Under the pieces are notes generated by a model that made no database searches, was not told where the DNA came from, and worked only from the letters and a program-made list of their open reading frames with translations. A DNA stretch of 64,000 bases from Octopus sinensis (Eukaryota): contig NC_042997.1 in NCBI RefSeq assembly GCF_006345805.1, positions 26,846,001 through 26,910,000 of the forward strand, in the 5' to 3' direction. This document shows, piece by piece, positions 50,837-63,585 of the stretch; the stretch's first letter is position 1; each line of letters begins with the position of its first letter. Made by a program: the position numbers and the translations under genes.

Positions 50837-51379
50837 AAATGATATATGCGTGTATGTTCACATGTGTTTGAACATGTACATGTATATAGCGCTCAAATGA
50901 TGTGAATTTACACTCCGAAGTTTGTGCGTGTGTGGTTCTAATGAACTGATACAAATTACATGACGCAATATAGTTGAATTTTTTTTTTTCAGTTTATATT
51001 TATCTAATTTAATCTTCAATTTAATCACAGTTTTATGTTACGAAGCGTGACGTAGTCAATGAAACTATAGCGAAAAGTACTTTCGTATCTTCCGTTGATT
51101 TTTTTCTATGTAAACCTAAATAACTTGCAGCACTTTTACCAGTTGACCATGAATGTTAGTGTAGGTGAGTGAGTATGAGTATGTGCAGGTATGTATGTAC
51201 GTATGTATGTATGTACGTATTATATATGTATGTATGTATATATGTATGTATATATGTATGTATGTATATATGTATGTATGTATATATATATGTATTATAT
51301 ATGTTTGTATGTGTGTATGTATGTATGTATGTATGTGTTTATGTATGAATGCATGCATGCACGCATGTGTGTATCTGTG

Positions 51380-51410
<31 letters not shown>

Positions 51411-51444
51411 TGTGGTGTGTGTGTGTGTGTGTGTGTATAAATAT

Positions 51445-52025
51445 ATCACGTGTGCTCGGAGTAATATTGACAGCTTTCATAAATATAGAAAAAACCACAA
51501 TATCATATGAAAATATTTTTTGAAAATTAAAAAATAACAACTAGATCCTGGCTGGGAGATTACAATTTACTCAATGTAGTACTTATTTCTTTACTACCCA
51601 CGAGGGGCTACACACTGAGGAGACAAACAAGGACAGACAAACGGAGTAAGTCGATTATATCGACCCCAGTGCGTAACTGGTACTTATTTAATCGACCCCG
51701 AAAGGATGAAAGGCAAAGTCGACCTCGGCGGAATTTGAACTCAGAACGTAGCGGCAGACGAAATACCACTAAGCATCCCGCCCAGCGTGCTAACGTTTCT
51801 GCCAGCTACTCAATGTAGTACCCCTCAGCTTCTGACACGGCTCCAGAACCTAGTACATGCTATCCTCACTGCGTCCCTGGGAAGATCTTCGAAGACCTCC
51901 TTGATCTTGGCCTGCAAAACCACCTTTTGGTGTCCTTTTCAACAGCACCCTACACATAATAATCCATGGTATAACAATTGGGGCAATATGGAGTATAGAA
52001 AACGCAGCTGGCAAGTTGTAGAAAT
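51445..52025 (-). pseudogene. maT/Tc1-like transposase C-terminal fragment and putative terminus, interrupted by SINE C
   Basis: CPNCYTMDYYV*GAVEKDT..LQAKIKEVFEDLPRDAVRIACTRFWSR, like SPDxNPxDYYVWGxVE..L.A.I...P...V..AC.RF..R. Confidence 0.7.
51583..51806 (-). mobile_element. SINE family C with TSD
   Basis: 15-bp TSD tactcaatgtagtac (51568-51582, 51807-51821). Confidence 0.92.
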
Positions 52026-52044
52026 TCTCAAAGTCTTTAGTATT

Positions 52045-52195
52045 TATGCTCTCCAACGCCTTGGATTATTATCTGTTCCCACCCACGGTTCACTTTTTAC
52101 GCTCGCGACACTTCATAATCCGAGAGGAAGGGGGAAGCTTCAGAGAAAGAAATCTTCGCCGCGAAGTACTCCTTCAACGAATATACATACATACA
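52045..52195 (+). pseudogene. Mariner transposase C-terminal fragment
   Basis: ALDYYLFPPTVHFLRSRHF..REEGEASEKEIFAAK, like PSDYxLF..HFL..R.F...EEV..KEFFASK. Confidence 0.55.
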
Positions 52196-52397
52196 TACAT
52201 GTGCGTGTATGTGTGTTTTTGTGTATGTGCGAGTATGTTTATTTTGTGGTATAAAATCAGAAAATGCATGTGTACATAATCCATGCCGTATATTTATGCA
52301 ATCTATATTCATATGCCTCCAAAACTATCCCAGTTGATAAATGCTTCACAATCTCGATGATGTTATGGTCGTACTTTTACATGCATGCGACTATAAT

Positions 52398-52788
52398 GGA
52401 AGCACTCCGTCGGTTACGACGATGAGGGTTCCGGTTGATCCGAATCAACGGAACAGCCTGCTCGTGAAATTAACGTGTAAGTGGCTGAGCACTCCACAGG
52501 CACGTGCACCCTTAACGTAGTTCTCAGGGATATTCAGCGTGACACAGAGAGTGACAAGGCCGGCCCCTTGAAATACAGGTACAACAGAAACAGGAAGTAA
52601 GAGTGGAGTGAGAGAAAGTTGAGGCGAAAGAGTACAACAGGGGTCGCCACCACCCCCTACCGGAGCCTCGTGGAGCTTTTTAGGTGTTTTCGCTCAATAA
52701 ACAGACACGACGCCCGGTCTGGGAATCGAAACCGCGATCCTCCGACCGCGAGTCCGCTGCCCTAACCACTGGGCCATTGCGCCTCCAC
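52398..52788 (-). mobile_element. SINE family A with TSD
   Basis: 11-bp TSD gcgactataat (52387-52397, 52789-52799). Confidence 0.9.
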
Positions 52789-53576
52789 GCGACTATAATA
52801 TGTGCATAGGCATGTGCATTGCAAACACCATTTTAGTTAATTCAGCAGCATTTTATGTGTACATATCGATGATTATTTATTACCCATAAACTTGTGCGTA
52901 TGTGTATGAAATCGAAGCCTGCGCTATACAAACTGATATGCGCGTGAATAAATAAAAGTGCAAATATATCCATATTCATATGAGCGCAAGCATATATAAG
53001 CATATATTATGGCTAAAATGGAAAAATTTTGAAACACATTGATCTCCATTTAACCTCAGTAGACTTAAATCTTATGGTAAATAAAATTTCTTTAAATAGT
53101 AATCTAGCCTCTTTATTCTTTATCGTCTCTTCTATGTAGTTAAACATACAATCTCAATGCCACTCGGTTGTGTCATGAAAAAAAAAAATTATTGGAAAGT
53201 AATATTTCATTTAATTTCACGATATTATGAAGAATATCGACTGACTTTATCATTTAATCACAGCCTTGTAAGAAATACCAACCATTAAACTCGGTCTCTG
53301 AAAGATTCCAATATGTATTTTGTCGTATTCATGTTCTTCATTAAAAATTAGGATAAACTAACTTATACATACACACACATACGAAACAATTACGCACATA
53401 TGCAGACACACACTTACACAATACAATGTTCCCACCATTTAGCTATGTTCATACTGATATGCAAATTAAAGGAATATAACGAGTTTTTCCGCACCCTATT
53501 AACGATGAACGTCTTGCTCCGAACATGTTCACTCAAAGACATTTTTACATTGCTTATTCTCGTTTTCATGATATTA

Positions 53577-53644
<68 letters not shown>

Positions 53645-54329
53645 GATATGTAGAAAAATACAAACTGTGACAAGAACGCATAACACTTAGAAGACGATAC
53701 AACAAACACAGACAGGACATTCGAAGCCTTCAGTCTTCAGTCAAGAACCGGATCATCGTAGTAATTTCATATATATGTATGTATGTATATATGAATATAT
53801 ATTATATAAGAGGGAGAAAAATAATTTGTTTTGTGGCTGGTTATATCATTTTTTTCTCCTGATCTTAATTTTGGAAAGCAAACGAGACTTAGATTTGTTT
53901 CCATTTATCAATATTTCTATTGAAGGAAATAGTGTTGTAGAATTATTATAATTATCCTTATTTGAAAAAGCGCCTCATGATTTTGAAGTGTATCTCATTT
54001 AGATTTTTTCATATAACATGTATACTGTATGTACATACGTTTTTAGTATATATGAATGTGTGTGTGTGGGGGGGGGGGGTGAGGGTAAGAGAGAGGGAGA
54101 AGGAAAGTTAGAGAGAGAGAGTACTCAAGGAGGAAAGGTCGATGTCCCTGAACTTTCGTTTCTCATTGTCTTTGAGACTGGAAAGAGGAGAGGATTTTAT
54201 CTCAAAGTGGAGTCCTAATCCGAACGTTTGCAACATAACGAACTCAGTTGGAATCACTGAAGGTCTAAACGATTCTGTTTAACTTGATAACAGTTTAGGT
54301 TTAAAACACCCTAGTGTCTTCGAAACTCA

Positions 54330-54535
54330 AGCCCTAGGCTCTTACTTTCTTTTGTCGACCCCAACAGAATAAAAGTTACTACTGGTTTCACATTCTAGCA
54401 CAAGACCAGAAAGTTTGGAGGATAAAAGGCTAAGCTAGTCTCAGTGGGATTTGAACTCAGAACATAAGAATGGACAAAATGCCGTTAAGCATTTTGTCCG
54501 GCGTGCTAACGATTCTACCAACTCACCGCCTTCGA
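54330..54535 (-). mobile_element. SINE family C, degenerate
   Basis: gggatttgaactcagaac..gttaagcattttgtccggcgtgctaacgattct. Confidence 0.7.
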
Positions 54536-55701
54536 GTAAAACGTAATAATGACACTAGTGTGAATCGCATTAATCCTTCAGAAAGTCGAAGAAATACCAG
54601 AAAGCGTTCATTTCTCAAATCATATCTATAATTAATAATATAATTAATGATATTACCAGCCCACCTGAACACAGAGGATCAAAGGTTTCCAAGATATTGC
54701 GTGTATTCACGTGCTAGAAATTTGAAATTACAACCAATTATTTTCAAAATGGAAGGCGATAGCAGAAAGTCTAGCGTTTAATTATCCTTAAAGAATGATA
54801 TGTTCTCCCCTAAACATGGCTGAGATAGACAGAAATTAAATATCACCACTAAGAACTGTTATTTGAACGGCTCTAATCAGGGTTCACATTATTGCTAGCG
54901 CTTTTGCAGAGATTAAGCTTACACAGCTACCTTATTGGTCACATTCTTCTCGCCAGTTTGGATCGACACATGGTGTTCATTGTCATCATCCACCATCTGG
55001 TTTACGAATATACTAATAAAATGCGGAGTTGAATGACCTAATGTCCCTGTAAACATACAGAAACTAGATTTAGAATATACATAGGACGAAACTTAACATC
55101 AAATAATATGTATATGTATCAAAGTAAATAAGACGGTACATACGACATATGGTTTCGGAGATTTTATGTTGGCGTTTGGAATCTACTTGAAAATTTGCCA
55201 AGCAACAAAAGATGTCTAGACGTTTTTACTGCAAAAAATTAAGATGTGGTGGATCTATTGTATATTTGAATTCTTTTATTTAGAACAATTATCTAACCCG
55301 TTGAATGATTGCAAATGAACTCAAAATTGTTTGCAATTTTTAATTATTTTCTCTGTAATGCTACATTGAGATATCAAACAAAAGAGGTGACGGGTTGACT
55401 TATTGATAAAGGTTTTACATACATTTCATAGTGAGATATTAAATTGGCGTAATATTAACAAAATTGAATTATCGTACCATGTGTAATATATGTTTTAATG
55501 AAACATTGCGTATATAGAATACGAGGCGTAAGAATATGTACAAGTGTGTGTTTGTGTGGGTGTGTGTACATATGTATGATGCATGTGTGTACATTCGTAT
55601 ATGTGAGATGTATTTGTGTGTATGATTTTCTCTCTCCAAGCGTTGGGTCAGTGAAAGGGCTGATTTAAAAACAGACACAACAACCATCTTTCAACCTCTA
55701 G

Positions 55702-55822
55702 ATACCCCAAGAAGAAATATGCAACATCTATTACGGCAATAATCTAGAAACTTCAGGACGAGAATGTCAGCTGCAACATCAAACAGATGACAATTTCTGT
55801 GACCAAAACCATGCATTAAATG
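55702..55822 (+). CDS. Candidate internal exon, Cys-containing (unverified)
   Basis: Acceptor accatctttcaacctctag|, donor G|gtaaaa; only phase 0 is open: IPQEEICNIYYGNNLETSGRECQLQHQTDDNFCDQNHALN(G). Confidence 0.33.
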
Positions 55823-56697
55823 GTAAAAAAAAAAAAGATGTTTAATACGCTCGCTTGAAAAGCTGAATTTCATAAATAAAATGTAAACCCTAAGAAAAAC
55901 CAGGAGCGTGATTTTCTTCATATTCGCATCTTAAAAAGTACACCTTAGCAGAACTTAACCATAAACCAGCAGACACATCATAAACCATTCAAGAGTTGGT
56001 TTATTTTATTTTGATATCCATAATATGAGTTATATTTGCAGTATATTTATGAACCGTTTGTACGTTTTAACAGCTTGATAAATGGCAAAATTTCACTGAC
56101 AGAAATATCAACAGATAATTATACCGCATTTCGTACGCAACCATAATTATACCGCATTTCATACGCATACTGTACCGAGGAGTACAATAACTATTCTTTA
56201 ACTGAATGTAATTTGTAATTTGAAGGGAATTTTTCTGATACTTCTAGGAAGTCGACTGACTTCGGTAACCCTTAATGATCTGAGCGCCTGTTTTTCATTA
56301 AATTAAGCAATTTATGGAAAATAATACATTTGCTAACATGAGTCAACTATTTCTTTATGTTCTATTATGCAAACATTTCTTAACTGATCTGGTAAAACCA
56401 TTTTTCCGACTTTGAAATGTTTTGCGTTTGCGAAGGCTACACTTTAGCAATCAACTCGGTTTTCAAAAGTATTTCAACTGGATTGCAACTTACTTCTTTG
56501 CTTCCTCCTCTCAAACTCGGAAATCCGGTGTTCACGTTATTGGCAATTAGACTTTTGTGATTGACTTGCAGGAACACAGCTATGGATATTTCATTGGTTT
56601 AGTTTTATAACGTTACCACATTGCAATATGAACCTACAAAGCAATTACAAATGTTCAGATTTAAAAGGCTTTCATAATTAATTCATTTTCTGCAACA

Positions 56698-57085
56698 TAG
56701 GCGCAGGAATGGCTGTGTGGTAAGTAGCTTGCTAACCAACCACATGGTTGCGGTTTCAGTCCCACTGCGTGGCATCTTGGCAAGTGTCTTCTGCTATAGC
56801 CTCGGGCCGACCAATGCCTTGTGAGTGGATTTGGTAGACGGAAACTGAAAGAAGCCTGTCGTATATATATATATATATGTGTTTGTGTTTGTGTGTCTTT
56901 GTTTGTCCCCCTTGCATTGCTTGACAACCGATGCTGGTGTGTTTACGTCCCCGTCACTTAGCGGTTCGGCAAAAGAGACCGATAGAATAAGTACTGGGCT
57001 TACAATAGAATAAGTACTGGACTCGACTAAAGGCGGTGCTTCAGCATGGCCGCAGTCAAATGACTGAAACAAGTAAAAGAGAAAA
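56698..57085 (+). mobile_element. SINE family B
   Basis: Match to B consensus. Confidence 0.9.
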
Positions 57086-57920
57086 CAGAGAGATACTTTT
57101 GCAAAATCTTATTTAAAGAGCAACAGCAGTAATGCGAAGGTACCATCATTTTTGATATCTATATCAAAACCCTCTTCTTAACCTTTCGAGACTCGGGAAA
57201 ATACCTTCGTTTGGCCACTTAAAGAATTTATTGTCGCATTATAGTTCATACTCAAGAATAATAATTGAGAAAATATAAAATAAATAGTTTTCTAATGATA
57301 TTGATTGCAACAGTTATTTCCGATAAAACTAATATTTATACACAGTAATTGGTAAATTTGACTGTCACTTCTAATAATCTTCCTTATTAGATTTCGATTC
57401 CATTTCCCATAAAAGTAACTGAATTGTCAATATAATTGCTATTTTATAGTTTATATTACTTTATTGGAATAACAAACAAAACGATTGACCAACAGGGAGA
57501 AAAAGAAAAGTGACAATCCTAACAGAATTCATAAAAGAAATATTAACCAAGAACCACACTTAAAAGCAGTAATATAGTTTTAAGAAGATTATAATTCAGC
57601 TACTGTATAAACATTAATATTTTTATATATATCCAGTAGTTTGTGTTCCGTGGTTACAGGTGTACCAAAGGATTAAAAAGTAACATTTTATAGCAATAGT
57701 TAAAAATTTGGTTAAATGTAAGGCAAAATGCTTGCACTGTGCATATATGCTGAATATTTTCCAATCGTTTAACTAACAAGAAACCCTAGCTATGCCCTTG
57801 CTTAACCTCAAATTGATCTGAATGGGCAAATCAATTGCATTGAAGTTAGTTTCTCTTTTTCATCCCACGGTATATTCAATGCATCAGTACAGATATAAAA
57901 TTGAAAACAATTCCTATTAA

Positions 57921-58318
57921 TCTCTCTATATATAAACGGCAGTTTGTCTGTCTGTGTTCCTGTCAGGTTGTGCCCTCACCCTGACCACGACTTTCAACTG
58001 ATTCTGATGAAACTTGACACACACATAGCCCAATGTCATAATTCAAAACTAACGCAGCGGAAATTTTGAAAAGTTCCCCCAGTTCTGAAAAAAACTGTTG
58101 GGGGTAAAGTCTCAAATGTAATTTCTTCCTGGGAGGAATTGGTTGGGTTGAATTATCGATAGCTGTTTGATACTTATTTGGGAGTGAAGAGAAGACATTG
58201 CAACCTACACATGCGCCTTCGTTCCCTAGAGGGAAAGGACTAGATTGGGATTAGTCCTTTTTAAGAGTCCCTACTAGGGGCTCTTAAATACCCGGGCAAA
58301 GCCGGGCTATGCTGCTAG
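57921..58318 (+). mobile_element. Non-autonomous Helitron
   Basis: A|TCTCTCTATATATAAACGGC 5' end; subterminal hairpin cccgg-gcaaag-ccggg; CTAG|T 3' end; inserted between A and T with no TSD. Confidence 0.8.
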
Positions 58319-58341
58319 TACTAAATAAATTTGAGATAGAC

Positions 58342-58479
58342 GCAGGCGTGAGTGTGTGGTAAGAAGCTTGTTTCCAAACCATATGGTTCTGAGTTTAAGT
58401 CTTGGGCATGTCTCTTCTACTATAGCCTACAAACGCCTTGTGAGTGTGTTTGGTAGACGGAAGCTGAAAGAAGCCCGTC

Positions 58480-58482
<3 letters not shown>
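58342..58482 (+). mobile_element. SINE family B 5' half (3' half at 59755-59957)
   Basis: Head followed by (TA)n; matching 3' half resumes after the PLE RT fragment. Confidence 0.8.
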
Positions 58483-58549
<67 letters not shown>

Positions 58550-58596
58550 AAAATAAGTCGAAGTAGAAAAAGAGTAATTTTATCATGAAAAGCAAT

Positions 58597-58635
58597 TTAG
58601 TACCGGTTTCAGTCAGTTAGACTTTTTCAACTTAG
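58597..58635 (-). ncRNA. Minimal hammerhead-like motif with U3-A8 core, directly downstream of PLE RT fragment
   Basis: UAAG-UUGAAAA-AGUC uaacu GACU-GAA-ACCGGU-A-CUAA: stem II AGUC/GACU, palindromic stem III ACCGGU, GUA triplet, stem I 3/4 pairs. Confidence 0.5.
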
Positions 58636-59750
58636 TCAGTTTGTTAGTTTGAAGGGGGTATGCATTCTAGTGTGTCTCGGGTGGCATGAATTGAATGGTA
58701 GATATTGCTTAGAGTCCATGGGCTTAGAGTATATGTCTTTTTCTATTACGGTGTTAAATTTCTTAATGAGGATGTCGAAGATGAGAGTTTGTTGATGGCT
58801 ATATTCCATCGTGAATTGACTGTTTACATCACGTCCATTTATAAGTGCTTGAAATTCTTTAAGTCTCTCTATACTTTCATGCCAAACAATGAAACAGTCA
58901 TCCAGGTAAATTTTCCAGTTATTTTCTATGTAGAGGGAGAATGGTTTGCCATATTTTTCTAGTACTTTACGATAAATACTAATTTCTAGATATCCCATGA
59001 CTAGGTTAGCAAAGGAGAGGGCCATTCTGGTATCCATCGCAGTCGCCGAGTTTTGTCGATAAAAGTTGTTTTTGAAGACAAAGTAGATTTTCTCCAAGAT
59101 GAATTTTAGCCCTTCTATCACGAATTCTTTTTTGATGCGATGTGGGTGTTCGTTGCCGTAATTCTCTAGTCAGAATTGAATTGCCTCTGTTCCTAGGTTG
59201 TGGGGGGATATTAGAATAGAGGTTGAGTACATCGAAGGATACTAGTAGGGTGTCTTTGTTTATTGTTTCAGGAAGGTGATTGAGTATATCCATGTAGTAA
59301 CTTATGTAGCCTTTGACATGCTTGAGGTATGGTTTTAAGAAGGTATCTAAACTGTTACTGAAGCGGTGGGTTTCACATGCGGGGCTTCTATGACAGGTTT
59401 CAATTTGAGGTCATAGGGAATTGATTATTATGTCTGTCACTTTCCTGCATGTGTTACTCATTTTTTTCACTTTTGTGTATCTTGGGAATACCGCAGAAAT
59501 AACAGGTTTTACTTTGGAAATTGGTCATATAGTCGTATTTTTTGTCGGTGAGCCCTTCTCTGTATAGGTTTCACATGGATTTTAGGTCTCTCATTATTTT
59601 CTGCTCACTGTAGTGTTGGGCCTTTTCATATGTTGTCTTCTAATATGGATAGTACTAGAGTTATACAGTATACCGCGTCCATTAAGACAACTGCACTCTC
59701 TTTATCAGCCTCTTTCATTGTTATTGTTTTGTCATCTTGTAATTCGTACC
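58636..59750 (-). pseudogene. Penelope-like retroelement reverse transcriptase, frameshifted
   Basis: KEADKESAVVLMD..GIPKIHK..KLKPVI..FLKPYL..LVSFDVLNLYSNIP..YRQNSATAMDTRMALSFANLVM..KIYLDDCFIVW..FTMEY..DIYSKPMDSKQYLPFNSCHPRH. Confidence 0.9.
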
Positions 59751-59754
59751 GGTC

Positions 59755-59957
59755 AAGTGTATGTATGTTAGTATCTGTGTTTGTCGCCCCACCATCACTA
59801 GGCAATCGATGTTGGTGTATTTACGTCCATGTAACCTATTGTTTCGGCAAAAGTGACCGATAGAATAAGTACTACACTTACAAAGAATAAATCCTGGGGT
59901 CAATTCGTTCGACTGGCCTCAGTCAAATGACTGAAACAAGTAAAAGAGTAAAAGAAC
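59755..59957 (+). mobile_element. SINE family B 3' half
   Basis: tatctgtgtttgtcgcccc..gaccgatagaataagtac..gactgaaacaagtaaaagagtaaaag. Confidence 0.85.
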
Positions 59958-60014
59958 AATACCTATGAACTTTTGCATCAGCTTTTAGTTTGATAAGAGA
60001 AAATATACAGTGAG

Positions 60015-60130
<116 letters not shown>

Positions 60131-60164
60131 TTGTAGAGTTCGGCGGTCTAAATATATATATATA

Positions 60165-60322
60165 TTAAAATTATAATTCAGGGTATCTAAAAGATACCGC
60201 CACGCTTGAAATAGCAGCCAAACCTTGACTCTAAAATCACATTAAAATTGTTTTAGAGTCAAGTTTTGGCTGCTATTTCAAGCGTGTTGGTATCTCTTAG
60301 ATACCCTAAATTATAATTTTAA
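60165..60322. repeat. Fold-back element, about 72-bp arms, 14-nt loop
   Basis: ttaaaattataattcagggtatct..gaaatagcagccaaaccttgactctaaaa / ttttagagtcaagttttggctgctatttc..agataccctaaattataattttaa. Confidence 0.9.
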
Positions 60323-60401
60323 AAATAATTATTACCATTGAAGGTTTTTATTCCCATGTTGGCCACTTGATAAGATCGATATTTAAATTAACAATCTTAT
60401 C

Positions 60402-60456
<55 letters not shown>

Positions 60457-61318
60457 ACCAGATGTAAAAGGGATAAAAAAATCAGGCAGATATCAATAAA
60501 GCACTCGATGTCAAACGAAATTGGTTAACTATATCAAACTTGATAACTTTGTGCTGGCGTATTTTCGGTTGTATTAAATTGACTAATATCTTCCATATCC
60601 GAAGATGCTGATACAACAGAAACGTTCGTCGGTATTGTATGATGGAATCACCAATTAAAGATGTGATTTTTTCCGTTCTTATTTTTATGTGTGTATGTGT
60701 GTATGTGTGTGCACGCGCGCGCGCGTGTGTACGAAATATCAAGCGAGTACTGGGGGCAAATTATTCGACCATACACTCTCCAAATTTCGGTCTGATGGTT
60801 ATGTTCGTAAATTCAGATTGGAAAAAATAGTAACAAGCAGGATTATATGAGATACAGTAGCTGTACTTCTAATTCAATGATCTATTTATAATCTCTCCTT
60901 GTATGAATACAACAGTTGTCAAATGATGTAATTCCTGTTAAAATGTTTAGAATTATTGAAAACGTGATAGATAATACAGGGGTACAGGGAGGTAAATGAA
61001 ATGAAGGATTGACGGAAATTATATATCGAAATCAAGCGGAGATAAAATTGAACTGTTGTATGAAGGAAAATTGTAAAAGAACATTGCAGTGATAACGCAA
61101 ATTGAATATGTTCCGTTATGCAGCAGAAATACATGCACCCTTAATGTAAACATGTAATATATATTTTATCAGATATTTCTTTGAAACTACATCAACAATC
61201 ATGCATGATAGCTTCTTCCCGAAGTGTCATTGATGAATGTTGTTTTAATATGTACATTGTGAAAACAGATAGGGTATCTAATCGCAATTGAAATTAATGT
61301 GTCTTTTTTTTTATATAC

Positions 61319-61404
<86 letters not shown>

Positions 61405-61929
61405 CATCTAACTATTTATCTAAGTTCCTGTTTCGGGAATACTATTTTACAGTACTTTTCAATTTTCATGCACGCCTCAAACAATTGTACATCTACAAAC
61501 AATTTTGGAGTGCTGGAATACACATATGTACTTCACGCGGACACAGTTTGTATTATAACCCTATCTACGTAAATACTACGTATTGCATAAATATGTAAAT
61601 GGTTTATTATAGCTTAGATGTCAGTCACACGAGTGCTACATGGCAGTTTGTTCTACCATGCATTCGGTGGTAACTTTAGGTATTTTAAATCCCTAGCATA
61701 CATAGGTATTCTTCGGGCTGTCCCGTCCTTGACCCCTCGACCACCTGAAACATCGGTAATTTAACAGCTTGTTTTGATTTTCGGGGAATTAATCAGAGGT
61801 AACATGAAATCGTGCGCCTTGCACACACCGCGGGTCCGAACAAGAATCGAAGGCAAGCAAGATCTTATGGCGGGTAGTCCCACCTTCATGAATATGTGAG
61901 GATGTGTACTCTATATATATGTATGTGTA

Positions 61930-62182
61930 AAGGCGGCGAGCTGGTATATGTATATGTAAAGGCGGCGAGCTGGTAGAAACGTTAGCACGCCGGGCGAAAT
62001 TCATCTGTCGTTACGTTCCTAGTTCAAATTCTGCCGAGGTCGACTTTGCCTTTCATCCTTTCGGGGTCGATAAATTAAGTACCAGTTACGCACTGGGGTC
62101 GATGTAGTCGACTTAATCCCTCTGTCTGTCCTTGTTTGTCCCCTCTGTGTTTATTTAGCCCCTTGTGGGTAGTAAAGAAATA
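61930..62182 (+). mobile_element. SINE family C with duplicated 5' end
   Basis: aaaggcggcgagctggta occurs twice, 31 bp apart. Confidence 0.9.
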
Positions 62183-63304
62183 TATATGTATGTGTGTATG
62201 TATACATGTGTTTGTGTGTGCGTGCACTTGCTGGAATATATGTATTGCATGCATATTTGTATTATATTAAATATTTGTTTCGCTGGATCCTTCATACGAA
62301 TCCAAATGTTGGATGAGATATCACTATAGTTTGCAGGCGACCTCTATCGCTTATATAACCCCAGTGCGAAAGACGATTACACACACTCATACACGCGCAT
62401 GCATACACACATACAAAAACACAGTGTCTTATACGCAACTGTTTACACGGATTTGTAAGGGATATTCTGACGGGAAATCTAATGTATATTTTCTAGACAA
62501 ATTGAGACGATTGTATATAGATTTTTTTTTTTAAATCCCTGTCTGTTCAGTGTTTAATCACGATTCCCATTTACTTGGCGATCTTTTGTTGGACTAAGAA
62601 TATGTAAACAAATGAGAGATTTTCATGCTGACGACGTTTATAATATTAATAAAGTTTGTGTAACTATCGAACACCGTATGGCTGCTCGCCAATAGTTATG
62701 CTAAATCGGTCATTTTGAACAAAAAGAATTTTGAAAGAGAATTATCGGACTTGGCAGCTACTTCCTGTTATTGATATTGTGTACTCAAGCTTATATCTGT
62801 TAAAATATTCAAAACTGGGGCTAAAAGAAAGAGCAAATCACCCAAATATTCCCGAAAATACAATATGGCCAGTTACTGTTCTTGGTGTGTATGTTTTTCT
62901 TTCTGATTTTTTTCTTTTCCATTTTTCTTTCATTTTTTTTTTCACAACATTATATTGTTAGTTGCTTGTAATCTCAAAAGCAATTAACTAGAAAAGAAAT
63001 AAAATTACGTTTTGCTATAATACAAAAATAGACCAACAAGCAAATATTGAGGTGGCATGATCTTTTAATTCTTTTTTTGTTACTTTTTTTTAAAAGTGTT
63101 TAATACAGCTCGACTACAGACGTATTAACTTCATTTGTTTTGTGATATGATTGGTTATCACGTTTTAAATTTAGTTCAGAACAGGATCTAAATCACGCAG
63201 ACAGACACATAAACACATTCAGACACACGTATTCACAAGTATGTATGTATCCGTGAATGTATGTATGTTGGAAGATTGTGTATTTGTGAGTGTGTGTGTT
63301 AATA

Positions 63305-63585
<281 letters not shown>

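Noticed and set aside
51787-52254. 155-aa plus-strand ORF
   Set aside because: Runs through a SINE end, antisense maT sequence and an out-of-frame mariner fragment
56245-56261. 17-nt micro-exon candidate gaagtcgactgacttcg
   Set aside because: Splice-like flanks are common by chance in AT-rich DNA; no supporting context
61640-61890. CpG-containing stretch with short open frames on both strands
   Set aside because: No recognisable motif or consistent splice pair
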